DNA of 64,000 nucleotides from Alphaproteobacteria bacterium UBA830 (GCA_002295635.1 DBHK01000027.1:5920-69919); one strand, 5' to 3'; positions 17,534 through 28,211 are shown, counted from the stretch's first letter. Numbers and translations: made by a program. The notes: a model not told the origin generated them from the sequence alone.

Positions 17534-19459
17534 TCAGTCTTTGTTGAAAGCCTCCTCTGCAGGACGGATTATCTCATGCCCGTCGCCTACGCGGCGGGTG
17601 AATTTGACCTTGTCAAAGAATTCTAAAACCTCGATAGATAGGTTCCGGCCTATTCCCGACGCGTCGCGAAAATTTGCTGCGGTCACCATGCCTTCGTCTG
17701 CGGATGCTGCCACTTTTTCCGCGATCTCGCCTAGCTGGCGCAGGGCATCTGGCTGATAAAATCGGTTTTTTGCTATTCGAATAACGAGACCGTGACGTCC
17801 TGCTCGAACCAGCAGAGACTCGATTTTACTAGGCTCTTTGTCGATTGCTTGCGCGATCTCAACAATAACTGGCGGTCGCAGTCCCCCATTGACTAGAAGC
17901 GGTTTTATTTTATTCCAATTCGAGGCGTCGGCCCCTTGCAGTTTTGGCTTATGCGACAGTAGCCGCACGCCCATACCTTCTTTGACTATGACACCTTCAC
18001 GCACCAGCTCAGCACAAATAGAAGCCGTCGCGTTGCCGGGTAGACGAAGACCTGTGCCCACCAGGATACGGTTCTCGCCAGGTCCAACCGTGTCGGGAGA
18101 TTTTTTATGCCAGGCGCCAAGAGCCTCTAAAACCGCGGTACGGAGGATGTCCCAGCGGTTATGGGAGAAACCTAGCAAGCCTTTCTCGGTTGATATCGAT
18201 TTAATTGGAACAAGCTCTTGTAGAGCCTCCATGTCGGAGTCGGTTAGATTGCGTGCTGAAGCGAAGCGGTCGAGGAAGAGACCTTCGGGTGAGGTTTCCA
18301 GCAAGGCAGTCAGTGCGATACCATCGTCTCCCTCCTCCATCGCTTTTAAGAAAGCTATACGCTCAGGTCTGGCCCGTCCTCGCGCAGGTGGGTAGACGTC
18401 TATGACGCGGCCGCCACCTATCGTTCGTTGCGCAGACTGATCACGAATTATTAACCCGTCACTATGAACCGCGGCCATAGGATGATCGAGTACAAGTTGC
18501 GCGAGCTTATTTTCGCCCGCCGCTATACTTTGCTCTCCAAGAATAGCGACCCGTCCGGTGGACTCTGATGCGCCGAGATGGACATGAACCGGGGTCCAGT
18601 GAGCAAGCGGCCGAGCTTCTGACTGAAGAACCTGAAGCCTTACATCTATTTTTCTTACTGCCGGAGGCGGATGGCCGGTAACGATCCAGTCGCCGCGCTG
18701 TATCAGCCGACTGTCGAGATCCGGCCCTGTAAGATTTAGCGCACAGCGTTGACCTGCGTGTCCGGCGTCGGTTTTTGCATTTTGCGCATGAAGGCCGCGC
18801 ACTCTAACGTCGATCTCTGCACCCAAGACCCGGGCGCCTGCGCCGGTTTTCAGATGACCGGAAAAGGCGGTGCCAGTAACCACAAGCCCTGCGCCGGTAA
18901 CCGCAAAGCATCGGTCGATGGCGAGCCGGAAATTTCCTGTCGACGCGCGTGGTGGCATCTGGGCTGCTGCATCGATGAGGTGTTGTTTTAAATCACTGAT
19001 CCCTTCGCCAGTTAGTCCAGATAGCGGGAAAACGGGAGCTCCATCTAGCGATGTACCGAGTAAAAGCTCGTCAATCTGCTCGGATACCTCGACGGCGCGC
19101 ATATCATCAACCCGGTCGATTTTGGTTAGGGCTACCGCGCCATCTGAAACGCCGAGCAAGTCGAGGATTGCTAGGTGTTCTCTGGTTTGCGGCATCGGTC
19201 CGTCGTCAGCGGCGACAGTGAGTAACGCGAAGTCGATACCGACTACGCCACATAACATATTACGAATAAATTTTTCGTGTCCGGGGACGTCTATAAACCC
19301 GATAGTTTCCGCTCCATCTATCGGAAGATAGGCGAAGCCAAGATCGATGGTCAGATTACGTTTCTTTTCTTCAGGCAGCCGATCGGTATCAACCCCGGTC
19401 AACGATTTTATTAGGAGGGTTTTACCGTGATCAACGTGGCCGGCTGTAGCAACAATCAT
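17534..19459 (-). CDS. selB: Selenocysteine-specific translation elongation factor SelB
   Basis: 641 aa. N-terminal MIVATAGHVDHGKTLLIKSLTGVDTDRLPEEKKRNLTIDLGFAY with GTPase G motifs. Long C-terminal winged-helix region. ATGA overlap with selA. Confidence 0.9.
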   Translation of the reverse strand: MIVATAGHVDHGKTLLIKSLTGVDTDRLPEEKKRNLTIDLGFAYLPIDGAETIGFIDVPGHEKFIRNMLCGVVGIDFALLTVAADDGPMPQTREHLAILDLLGVSDGAVALTKIDRVDDMRAVEVSEQIDELLLGTSLDGAPVFPLSGLTGEGISDLKQHLIDAAAQMPPRASTGNFRLAIDRCFAVTGAGLVVTGTAFSGHLKTGAGARVLGAEIDVRVRGLHAQNAKTDAGHAGQRCALNLTGPDLDSRLIQRGDWIVTGHPPPAVRKIDVRLQVLQSEARPLAHWTPVHVHLGASESTGRVAILGEQSIAAGENKLAQLVLDHPMAAVHSDGLIIRDQSAQRTIGGGRVIDVYPPARGRARPERIAFLKAMEEGDDGIALTALLETSPEGLFLDRFASARNLTDSDMEALQELVPIKSISTEKGLLGFSHNRWDILRTAVLEALGAWHKKSPDTVGPGENRILVGTGLRLPGNATASICAELVREGVIVKEGMGVRLLSHKPKLQGADASNWNKIKPLLVNGGLRPPVIVEIAQAIDKEPSKIESLLVRAGRHGLVIRIAKNRFYQPDALRQLGEIAEKVAASADEGMVTAANFRDASGIGRNLSIEVLEFFDKVKFTRRVGDGHEIIRPAEEAFNKD

Positions 19460-20859
19460 TCGAGAATTTCAAGAGTTGAAAGTTGTGAAAGGAATCCGGG
19501 TTCATCTGCCATACAGCGTAGATCAACGATGAAGGCACCTCCCTGAACGCGTCCAATAACTGGCACTGGCAGACCGCGAAAGGCCCGTACGAGTCGTTCA
19601 ACTGCCGCACCGTTCTTAGTTTCAGGAGTGATTGCGAGGCCCGCGCTAGGAAGTTTGCGGGTCGGTAATGTACCCGAACCGACTTGGCTGTCGCAGTCCA
19701 CCTCTTCGACTTTGGCAAACCCTTTTACGGCTCTAGAGATTGCAGGCCGAATCCGGGAGGCTGTTTCCTGAATATCAGTCACTGACCGGGTAAGCGCACG
19801 CAGCGTGGGCAATCGGTCGGATAGACTATCTGGATCGGAATAAAGACGAAGCACGGCGGATAACGCTGCGATAGTCATTTTGTCACAGCGTAGTGCTCGT
19901 TTTATGGGGTTGCTCTTTAAACGAGTGATGCAGTCTTTGGTACCAACGATGATACCTGCCTGCGGTCCACCCAATAGCTTGTCACCCGAAAATGATACCA
20001 TATCGGCACCGTGCTTTAGGGCTTCCATTGGAGTTGGTTCATGTGGAAGTCCAAGCCGCTTTAGTTCCGTCAGAGTGCCGCTGCCCAGATCGATGGCAAA
20101 TGGAATTCCAGTCTCATGACACAGCTTGGCGAGATCAGTTTCCGGCACCTCCGCGGTGAATCCTTCTACTACATAGTTACTGGTATGGACCTTCATGATC
20201 ATTCCGGTATTCGGTCCGATAGCTGCGGCATAATCCTTTAAATGGGTCCGGTTGGTGGTGCCAACCTCGACCAGTTCACATCCTGACTGTGCCATAATAT
20301 CCGGCATACGGAACGAACCCCCGATCTCTATTAACTCTCCTCGAGATGTAGGTGTTTCCTTACCAAGTGCGAAGGTATTGAGGATCAACATAACTGCCGC
20401 GGCATTATTATTGACGACGGTTGCCGCCTCAGCACCGGTGATTTCACAAAGCTGTGCCTCGACATGGTCATCCCGGTCTCCGCGCTTTCCTTCTTCCAAA
20501 CTATACTCGAGGTTGGTTGCGCTGCGCGCCGCCCGGGAGATGGCTTCAATAGCTTCCTCCGGAAGCGCCGCGCGACCCAAGTTCGTATGAATGACCGTTC
20601 CTGTTAGATTATAGACTGGTCGGAGAGACGGCAAATTCTCCTGCGCCAGACACTCCGCCACTGCATACAATATCTCTGTTTCGTGCGGTATCTTGTTACC
20701 GGAAAGCACAGAACCGCGAATTTCTTCTAGCGTCTTTCGGATGCAATCCGTTACTAATTTGCGGCCATATTCCGAAATCAGCTTCACGGCATTATCCGAA
20801 TTCAACAGGCGATCAACAGACGACAGGCCCGCAAGAGGCGAAGAGGTTTTCTTTGGCAT
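19456..20859 (-). CDS. selA: L-seryl-tRNA(Sec) selenium transferase SelA
   Basis: PLP-dependent. LAGLSSVDRLLNSDNAVKLISEYGRKLVTD aligns with the E. coli SelA N-terminus. Start placed at MPKKTSS. An alternative upstream start at 20937 would abut the prfC stop. Confidence 0.85.
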   Translation of the reverse strand: MPKKTSSPLAGLSSVDRLLNSDNAVKLISEYGRKLVTDCIRKTLEEIRGSVLSGNKIPHETEILYAVAECLAQENLPSLRPVYNLTGTVIHTNLGRAALPEEAIEAISRAARSATNLEYSLEEGKRGDRDDHVEAQLCEITGAEAATVVNNNAAAVMLILNTFALGKETPTSRGELIEIGGSFRMPDIMAQSGCELVEVGTTNRTHLKDYAAAIGPNTGMIMKVHTSNYVVEGFTAEVPETDLAKLCHETGIPFAIDLGSGTLTELKRLGLPHEPTPMEALKHGADMVSFSGDKLLGGPQAGIIVGTKDCITRLKSNPIKRALRCDKMTIAALSAVLRLYSDPDSLSDRLPTLRALTRSVTDIQETASRIRPAISRAVKGFAKVEEVDCDSQVGSGTLPTRKLPSAGLAITPETKNGAAVERLVRAFRGLPVPVIGRVQGGAFIVDLRCMADEPGFLSQLSTLEILE

Positions 20860-20938
20860 GACCGTGAGACAATACTGCTTGAAACGGTGTTGGGAAATGT
20901 CTTGTTGAAACGTGGTAGCAGGGAGAATACCAAACACC

Positions 20939-22543
20939 CTATTGTGTCTGTTCCTTGGTCTTCAGAAATTTGATGTCAGGCCACTCTTTCACAGCGTTGT
21001 CTAAATGCCACGTGTTTCGGGCGAGGAAAACCGGCATTGAGTCATGATCATCTGCGATGGAACTGCCATTGTTATCTAGGAATTTTTTCAGAAGACTGGT
21101 ATCGTTTGCTTCAACCCAGCGCGCAGTATGGAGAGAGGTTGCCTCAAACTTTACCGGTACATCGTATTCCGAACGTATACGGTCTGCCATAACATCAAAT
21201 TGAAGCGCTCCTAAGACACCGACGATCCAGTCCGTTCCGATGCGTGGCTTAAATACCCGGGCCACGCCTTCTTCTGCCAATTGTTGTAGCGCTCGGCCAA
21301 GATGTTTGGCACGCATCGGATCCGCCGGATGTACCGAGCGCAGTATTTCAGGTGCGAAGCTTGGGATGCCTGTGAAGCGCAATTCTTCACCATCTGTCAA
21401 AGCATCACCGATCCGCAGATTTCCATGATTTGGGATGCCAATGATGTCACCTGCATATGCATCTTCAGCGGTCTCCCGATCCTGCGCGAGGAATAACATC
21501 GGGTTGTGCAAATTTATTTGTTTACCACTTCGAATATGACGCAGCTTCATGCCTCTCTTGAAATGTCCCGATGATAGTCGAAAGAATGCAATTCGGTCGC
21601 GATGCTTTGGATCCATGTTCGCCTGAATCTTGAATACGAAACCACTGACTTTGTTTTCCTCAGGGTCGACGACACGCTCTTTTGCATTTTGTGGACGTGG
21701 GGGTGGTGCGAGGGACACAAGACCTTTCAGCAATTCTCGGACACCAAAATTATTAATAGCACTGCCGAAGAATACTGGGCTGAGCGAGCCGTCACGATAG
21801 GACTGTAAATCGAGTGGTGGGCAAAGGCCGGTCGCCATCGGTACCTCTTCGCGAAGCTTTTCTACTGCATGACCGGGTAATAGAGCGTCGAGTTTTGGAT
21901 CGTCGACGCCCTCACATATAATATCCTCACCAGGATCATTCGAGATCTTGCCGCTAGCGTGACCTTTTTTCATCAGCACCACCCTGCCGTCAATCACGTC
22001 GTAACAGCCGAGAAAATCCCGTCCCATACCGATCGGCCAGCTTGCAGGCGTTACATCAAGGGCGAGTGTTTCCTCGATTTCTTGTAACAGTTCGAATGGT
22101 TCCTGTGCCTCTCGATCCATCTTATTAATAAAGGTGATGATCGGCATATCCCTCAAGCGACAGACTTCGAACAGTTTCCGAGTCTGTGCTTCGATCCCAC
22201 GTGCTGCATCTATCACCATTACTGCCGAGTCGACAGCTGAAAGTGTCCGGTATGTATCTTCCGAAAAGTCTTCGTGACCAGGTGTATCCAGTAGGTTGAA
22301 GGTGCAGCCGCCAAATTCATATGTCATAACAGATGATGCTACCGAGATGCCCCTTTCTGCCTCGACTTTCATCCAGTCGGAATGTGCGCGCCTAGCCTCG
22401 CCCCGCGCCTTAACGGCACCGGCAGTCTGAATTGCTCCACCGAACAACAAAAGTTTCTCGGTCAGAGTCGTTTTACCCGCATCCGGGTGGGAGATAATGG
22501 CGAATGTTCGCCGGGCGGCAATTTCGCCGCTGTTTATGCCCAT
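20939..22543 (-). CDS. prfC: Peptide chain release factor 3 (RF3)
   Basis: RRTFAIISHPDAGKTTLTEKLLLFGGAIQTAG ... FKIQANMDPKHRDRIAFFR, closely matching E. coli RF3. Start trimmed to MGINSGEIAARR. Confidence 0.9.
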   Translation of the reverse strand: MGINSGEIAARRTFAIISHPDAGKTTLTEKLLLFGGAIQTAGAVKARGEARRAHSDWMKVEAERGISVASSVMTYEFGGCTFNLLDTPGHEDFSEDTYRTLSAVDSAVMVIDAARGIEAQTRKLFEVCRLRDMPIITFINKMDREAQEPFELLQEIEETLALDVTPASWPIGMGRDFLGCYDVIDGRVVLMKKGHASGKISNDPGEDIICEGVDDPKLDALLPGHAVEKLREEVPMATGLCPPLDLQSYRDGSLSPVFFGSAINNFGVRELLKGLVSLAPPPRPQNAKERVVDPEENKVSGFVFKIQANMDPKHRDRIAFFRLSSGHFKRGMKLRHIRSGKQINLHNPMLFLAQDRETAEDAYAGDIIGIPNHGNLRIGDALTDGEELRFTGIPSFAPEILRSVHPADPMRAKHLGRALQQLAEEGVARVFKPRIGTDWIVGVLGALQFDVMADRIRSEYDVPVKFEATSLHTARWVEANDTSLLKKFLDNNGSSIADDHDSMPVFLARNTWHLDNAVKEWPDIKFLKTKEQTQ

Positions 22544-22698
22544 TGATGAGTCCAAAAAACTTTTTAGCACTATCCGCGCCGACTCGATGCAATATAAGGC
22601 TGTTTTATCGTAATTCCAGTACAGCTTGCCTGTCGCCATGCTAATCTCTGGCGTTTAGGATAGGTGGGAAGGATGGCAAAAATAGGGAGGGCGGGTCG

Positions 22699-24009
22699 AT
22701 GGAAATGCAGACCGCCACCAAGGTTGGTTACCAGTCTGGTTTCGGAAATGAATTTGCGACCGAAGCACTACCCGGTGCATTACCGGAGGGTCGGAATTCT
22801 CCACAGAAAACGCCGTACGGCCTTTATACGGAACTGATCAGCGGTACAGCCTTTACACAGCCTCGTAACGATAATCTACGGACTTGGCTCTACCGGATAC
22901 GGCCATCGTCTCAGCACGGAAAATTCAAGAAGATTGATAAAAAATTATGGCGCACCCCTACCTTTGATGAAGGAGTGTTGACGCCACAGCAAATACGTTG
23001 GGATCCAATACCTATCCCGGCGGAAGCAACAGATTTGATCGCCGGCATAAAGACCTTGGCGGGTAATGGAGATTCTAAAATCCAATCGGGGATCGGTATC
23101 CACGTTTATTGCGCAAACGTCTCGATGAGTGATCGCTATTTCTACAATGCCGATGGGGAGATGCTGTTCGTTCCCCAGCAGGGCTGCTTGCGACTCGTAA
23201 CAGAAATGGGTGTAGTTGAGGTGGTGCCAGGCCAGATTGCAGTGGTGCCCCGAGGGATAAGATTCTGCGTCGGCCTACCAAATGGGCCATCGCGCGGTTA
23301 TGTATGCGAAAACTTTGGAGCGCCCCTACGACTACCCGATCTCGGACCTATCGGATCTAATGGTCTTGCCAATCCCCGGGATTTTCTTGCACCGGTAGCG
23401 TCGTTTGAAGATCTTGATGGTGATTTTGAACTTGTCGTAAAATTTGGGGGAGATCTCTGGGCTTCTGATATCGACCATTCGCCTTTAGATGTCGTTGCAT
23501 GGCACGGAAATTTGACACCATATAAGTATGATCTCGATAATTTCATGTCTATCGGGTCTATATCCTTCGATCACCCAGACCCGTCTATCTTCACTGTGCT
23601 TACGTCTCCATCTGGCCCGGCAGGGCTGGCCAATGTAGACTTCGTCATTTTTCCGCCACGGTGGCTGGTTGCGGAAAATACCTTCCGGCCACCCTGGTAT
23701 CACCGCAACTTTATGTCGGAATTCATGGGATTGGTGCACGGTCATTACGACGCCAAAGAGGAGGGCTTTGTGCCTGGGGGGGCCAGCTTACACAATATGC
23801 ATTCCGCTCACGGACCTGATCGAGAGACCTATGAAAAGGCGACAAAGTCTGATTTGAAACCGATGCATTTAGCAGACACGATGGCTTTTATGTTTGAGAC
23901 CCGCTATCCGATCAAGTTGACGGAATGGGGTGCGAATGTCCCCCAGATCCAACCGGATTATCAAGATTGCTGGCAAGGACTAAGTAAAAACTTCGACGGG
24001 AAAAGATAA
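22699..24009 (+). CDS. hmgA: Homogentisate 1,2-dioxygenase
   Basis: 436 aa. The N-terminal [19 protein letters not shown] motif is diagnostic of homogentisate 1,2-dioxygenase. Confidence 0.9.
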   Translation: MEMQTATKVGYQSGFGNEFATEALPGALPEGRNSPQKTPYGLYTELISGTAFTQPRNDNLRTWLYRIRPSSQHGKFKKIDKKLWRTPTFDEGVLTPQQIRWDPIPIPAEATDLIAGIKTLAGNGDSKIQSGIGIHVYCANVSMSDRYFYNADGEMLFVPQQGCLRLVTEMGVVEVVPGQIAVVPRGIRFCVGLPNGPSRGYVCENFGAPLRLPDLGPIGSNGLANPRDFLAPVASFEDLDGDFELVVKFGGDLWASDIDHSPLDVVAWHGNLTPYKYDLDNFMSIGSISFDHPDPSIFTVLTSPSGPAGLANVDFVIFPPRWLVAENTFRPPWYHRNFMSEFMGLVHGHYDAKEEGFVPGGASLHNMHSAHGPDRETYEKATKSDLKPMHLADTMAFMFETRYPIKLTEWGANVPQIQPDYQDCWQGLSKNFDGKR

Positions 24010-24011
24010 TA

Positions 24012-25334
24012 ATGACGATTCTTAATGAAACCCACGACCCTGCGCTTAATAGCTGGGTTAATAGCGCAAATGAGAATGGCTCCGACTTTCCAGTACAGAA
24101 TCTACCCTTTGGCGTGTACACGGACCCTCAAACTGATGCGGGCAAAATAGGTATTGCCATTGGCGATATGATTTTAGATGTAACGGCCGCCCGGATAGAG
24201 GGCCTAATCAGCGGCGCTGCAGATGATGCTGCGGGGGCCTGTGCCGGCGATACCCTTAACCATTTGATGGCGCTGGGTGGTCGGCACTGGTCGGCGCTGC
24301 GCGCGGCCGCATCTAAAGTATTGCGAAACGATACGGATGAGGGCGAGATCGCTAGAACGGTCGCCGAGGATATTCTTGTTTCTCAGTCCGATGTTGCAAT
24401 GCAACTACCGGCTCGGATAGGAGATTATACCGATTTCTATTCATCGATCTTTCATGCGACTAATGTCGGAAAAATGCTCCGGCCGGATAATCCGTTAATG
24501 CCGAATTATAAATATATCCCTGTTGCTTACCATAGCCGGGCGTCGTCGATTGTTCCAAGCGGCGAAGTATGTAAGCGCCCAGTAGGTCAAACCAAGGCGG
24601 CGGATTTGGATGCACCTTCCTTTGGCCCTTCGAGGGCGATCGATTACGAGACTGAGATCGGGTTTTTCATCGGCCCTGGCAATCCGCTGGGCCAGCCTAT
24701 CGATATATCCGAGGCAGAAGATCATATTTTCGGCCTATGTATCTTGAACGATTGGTCCGCTCGAGACATACAAGCATGGGAATACCAGCCTCTAGGGCCA
24801 TTTCTTGCCAAAAGCTTCTCGTCGCATATATCGCCTTGGGTGGTGACGATGGAGGCCTTATCGCCGTTCCGTTGTGCTGCTTATGAGCGTCCGGAATCCG
24901 ACCCCAACCCGTTACCTTACCTATCGTCAGCAGAGAATGAGACTAAAGGTGGATTCGATGTCCACATCGAAGTATCGATCGCATCGGAACAGATGCGGGA
25001 TGCCGGCATGAGTCCCCATCTTTTGGCGAAGACCAACATGCGTCATCTTTATTGGAATGTTTTCCAAATGTTAGTTCACCATACCTCTAACGGATGCAAC
25101 ACGCGGCCCGGTGACATGATGGGGACCGGAACGATATCGGGGCCGAATAAGGATTCTCTTGGATCGATCTTGGAAATCACCAAGCGTGGTTCTGAGCCGG
25201 TGCCTTTACCATCCGGCGAGGAGCGCAAATTCCTTGCCGATGGCGATGAGGTGATCATGCGGGCCTGGTGCGAGGCCGAGGGGTCGCGGCGAATCGGATT
25301 CGGCGATTGCCGCGGATTAATTGAGGGTGCTTAG
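24012..25334 (+). CDS. fahA: Fumarylacetoacetase
   Basis: 440 aa. N-terminal FAA-hydrolase domain (FPVQNLPFGVY) followed by the catalytic FAH domain. Placed immediately downstream of hmgA. Confidence 0.9.
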   Translation: MTILNETHDPALNSWVNSANENGSDFPVQNLPFGVYTDPQTDAGKIGIAIGDMILDVTAARIEGLISGAADDAAGACAGDTLNHLMALGGRHWSALRAAASKVLRNDTDEGEIARTVAEDILVSQSDVAMQLPARIGDYTDFYSSIFHATNVGKMLRPDNPLMPNYKYIPVAYHSRASSIVPSGEVCKRPVGQTKAADLDAPSFGPSRAIDYETEIGFFIGPGNPLGQPIDISEAEDHIFGLCILNDWSARDIQAWEYQPLGPFLAKSFSSHISPWVVTMEALSPFRCAAYERPESDPNPLPYLSSAENETKGGFDVHIEVSIASEQMRDAGMSPHLLAKTNMRHLYWNVFQMLVHHTSNGCNTRPGDMMGTGTISGPNKDSLGSILEITKRGSEPVPLPSGEERKFLADGDEVIMRAWCEAEGSRRIGFGDCRGLIEGA

Positions 25335-25530
25335 ATTTTTTATTGTACACTCGGATGAGTTGTCCCACGCTGGAACAATCTTCCTCGGTTTTTAACCCGG
25401 CGGCGTGCATAATTTGAGCAGTCATATCTTCGTCGACATTCTGTCGGCTCCCGGTGACACCCACCGCGACAATCACCCCATCTCTTTGGTTTCGTATGCT
25501 CCGCACTTCACCTTCCGAAGACACCTGGTG

Positions 25531-25806
25531 TTAGGAAACGTCGTCGATGACTTTCGTGAACACCGGGCGCTCGTTGTCTTGAGCCGAAGATCGACTGGAC
25601 GAATGGCCTACCGGTAGCGCAGCGTATGTTTTCCCTAACGGGATCTTGAAGCGTAGCGCCGCGGCGCGGTTTTCCTTGCCGAAAACCTTGACGATATTTC
25701 TCGGCCCGACGACGGAGAAACTTATGGGGTACGATTTTATTTTCTGACTCCTCTCGAATTTGGCGGTTTGGGTGATATTCGCATGTTCAAACAAGATGAT
25801 GTTCAT
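25531..25806 (-). CDS. Hypothetical small protein (weak)
   Basis: 91-aa ORF in the 536-bp gap after fahA. No recognisable family, so it may be non-coding. Confidence 0.2.
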   Translation of the reverse strand: MNIILFEHANITQTAKFERSQKIKSYPISFSVVGPRNIVKVFGKENRAAALRFKIPLGKTYAALPVGHSSSRSSAQDNERPVFTKVIDDVS

Positions 25807-25898
25807 GGATGAGCCCTTAGGAAAATTCTTATCTACCGGTTATGGGGTAGTGCTCACCTGTATGTTAGTCTTTGCGCCATCGAACAATGGGGATCTAT

Positions 25899-28211
25899 AT
25901 GATCGGAGAACGGATAAAACGCATCGAAGATCCAGCGCTATTGCGCGGTGCAGCTATTTTCGTGGACGACATACATTTACCGGGAATGCTGCACGTAGCA
26001 TTCCTGCGTAGCCCCCATCCGCATGCAAAGATCCAATCGATCGATGCAAGGGCGGCGAATGCAATGTCCGGTGTTAAAGCAGTATATACGCTGGCCGACT
26101 TATCGCCGCATTTGCAAATGGATCGTCTTCCCCTCCAATTCCCAACAACAGCATTCCGCCCTGATGTAACCCCCTGGGTACTGGCGGGTGAAGAGGTGTG
26201 CCATGTTGGAGAGGCCATCGCTATGGTTGTTGCCGATACACGTTACATTGCGGAAGACGCGGTAACAGTGATTGAGGTGGACTACGACCCGCTACCGTCC
26301 GTCGCAGGCTGTGCAGCGGCGTTCTTGGAAGATGCCCCACGGGTGCATGATGATCAGGATGACAATGTTTTGCTGCGGTTCGGGCAATCCTACGGTAATG
26401 CTAGCGCGGCATTCGCAAATGCACCTCATGTCTTTTGCGAACGCTTTATACAGCACCGGGGCGCTGCTCATCCGATAGAGGGACGCGGCGCGGTGGCGCG
26501 CTACGATGTCTTGAATGATTCCACAACATTGTGGTCGTCAACCCAGATGTCGCATGAAGTAAGGTCGGCAATAGTCCAAATGTTTGGGGTAGATGAAGGG
26601 CGTATCCGAGTTGTTGCACCGGATGTCGGCGGTGGTTTCGGGTCAAAATTTATTGCTTATTCGGAAGAAGTCTTGATTGCGCTGGCCGCTCGCCTTCTGG
26701 ACACCCCAATAAAATGGATTGAGGACAGGCGTGAACATTTTACATCAGCGATCCAAGAGCGTGAACAGGACTGGACGATGGAAATCGCCGTTGATGATGA
26801 AGGCCGTATTCTCGGCGTACGCGGTTCCATGCTGTCAGACCAAGGCGCGTATACCCCACAAGGTGTAAATATGGCGTATAATGCGTCGACTGGGGTGCCT
26901 GGCCCCTACATAGTGCCAAACTACGAAATTGATGTGCATGTTATTGAGACTAACGCGGTCGCGGCGGCGCCGGTAAGAGGCGCTGGCTATCCTGAGGGTA
27001 ATTATACGATGGAGCGCCTTCTGGACCGTGTAGCACAAGGGCTTGACCTTGATCGAGCAGAAATCAGGCGGCGTAATCTAATCCCTGCGGAGAAGATGCC
27101 TTACGAAACACCTCTAAAGACCCGTGCCGGGTCGCCGGTGATGGCTGACAGTGGCGATTTTTTGAAATGCCAACAGATCGCGTTAGATCGCATTGACTAT
27201 GCTGGATTTTCAAAACGCCAGATAGCGGCGCGTATGGAGGGAAGGTATCTCGGTATTGGTCTTGCAAACAGCCTGAAAGGAACAGGGCGCGGACCTTTCG
27301 AGTCCGGAGCTGTCCGGATTGAGCGGTCTGGAAAAGTGCGGGTATTTACCGGCGCGCTTGCGATGGGGCAGGGGCTAAAAACCATGCTTGCGCAGGTGAC
27401 ATCTGAGCAGCTCGGTATTCCGGCAGACGAAATAGAAGTTATAGCCGGAGATACCGGCACGATTGCACTTGGGCTTGGCGGATTTGCTAGCCGCCAGACC
27501 GTCACGGCTGGATCATCAGTCCATGGTGCAGCTAAAGAGGTCCGCGGAAAGCTACTAAAAATGGCAGCGCATTTATTGGAAGCTGCCGAAGAAGATCTAG
27601 AGATTTCCGACAGCGTTGTTCGGGTAATCGGCTCAGATGTAAATATATCGGTCCGGGAAATAGCGGAAGCTAGCTCTGGTGCACCAGGATATTCTATGCC
27701 TGGCGGTATCGAACCAGGTCTTGAGGCATCGGAAAACTTCAAGCCGCCAGCTTTGACCTATAGTAACGGAGTACAGGCGGTCGAGGTTGAAGTGGACATT
27801 GGTACCGGCGAGGTCAGGTTTTTGAATTACGTCGTAGTTAGCGATTGCGGGACGTTGATCAACCCCATGATAGTTGATGGACAGATCGCCGGCGGGGTGG
27901 TCCATGGAATAGGTAACGCGTTGTTCGAATGGATGGGTTATGATGATAGTGGGCAACCGCTTACCACAAATTTTGGTGAGTACACCATGCCTACCGCTAC
28001 TGAGCTTATCGAACTAGATTTACAGTATCAGCATTCGCCGACACCGTTGAACCCGCTTGGCGTGAAGGGTGTGGGAGAGACTGGGACGGTGCCGGCTGCT
28101 GCTGCCATCGTGTCAGCTGTTGAAAATGCGCTAGAGCCATTTGGAGCACGGATTACCGATTATCCGGTTATGCCCTCATCGATCGTGAACATCGTGCGAG
28201 CGGCCGGATGA
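25899..28211 (+). CDS. Xanthine dehydrogenase-family molybdopterin-binding large subunit (orphan; no adjacent small/medium subunits)
   Basis: Start at MIGERIKRIEDPALLRG, by alignment with the first large-subunit gene. Molybdopterin-binding domains are present, including the PVRGAGYPEG loop. Confidence 0.85.
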   Translation: MIGERIKRIEDPALLRGAAIFVDDIHLPGMLHVAFLRSPHPHAKIQSIDARAANAMSGVKAVYTLADLSPHLQMDRLPLQFPTTAFRPDVTPWVLAGEEVCHVGEAIAMVVADTRYIAEDAVTVIEVDYDPLPSVAGCAAAFLEDAPRVHDDQDDNVLLRFGQSYGNASAAFANAPHVFCERFIQHRGAAHPIEGRGAVARYDVLNDSTTLWSSTQMSHEVRSAIVQMFGVDEGRIRVVAPDVGGGFGSKFIAYSEEVLIALAARLLDTPIKWIEDRREHFTSAIQEREQDWTMEIAVDDEGRILGVRGSMLSDQGAYTPQGVNMAYNASTGVPGPYIVPNYEIDVHVIETNAVAAAPVRGAGYPEGNYTMERLLDRVAQGLDLDRAEIRRRNLIPAEKMPYETPLKTRAGSPVMADSGDFLKCQQIALDRIDYAGFSKRQIAARMEGRYLGIGLANSLKGTGRGPFESGAVRIERSGKVRVFTGALAMGQGLKTMLAQVTSEQLGIPADEIEVIAGDTGTIALGLGGFASRQTVTAGSSVHGAAKEVRGKLLKMAAHLLEAAEEDLEISDSVVRVIGSDVNISVREIAEASSGAPGYSMPGGIEPGLEASENFKPPALTYSNGVQAVEVEVDIGTGEVRFLNYVVVSDCGTLINPMIVDGQIAGGVVHGIGNALFEWMGYDDSGQPLTTNFGEYTMPTATELIELDLQYQHSPTPLNPLGVKGVGETGTVPAAAAIVSAVENALEPFGARITDYPVMPSSIVNIVRAAG

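Noticed and set aside
25255-25806. Two same-frame minus-strand ORFs (25531..25806 and 25255..25524) that might be one read-through gene
   Set aside because: The codon separating them is TAA, not TGA, so Sec recoding cannot join them. The downstream ORF also runs into the fahA coding region. Only the upstream ORF is retained, as a low-confidence hypothetical.
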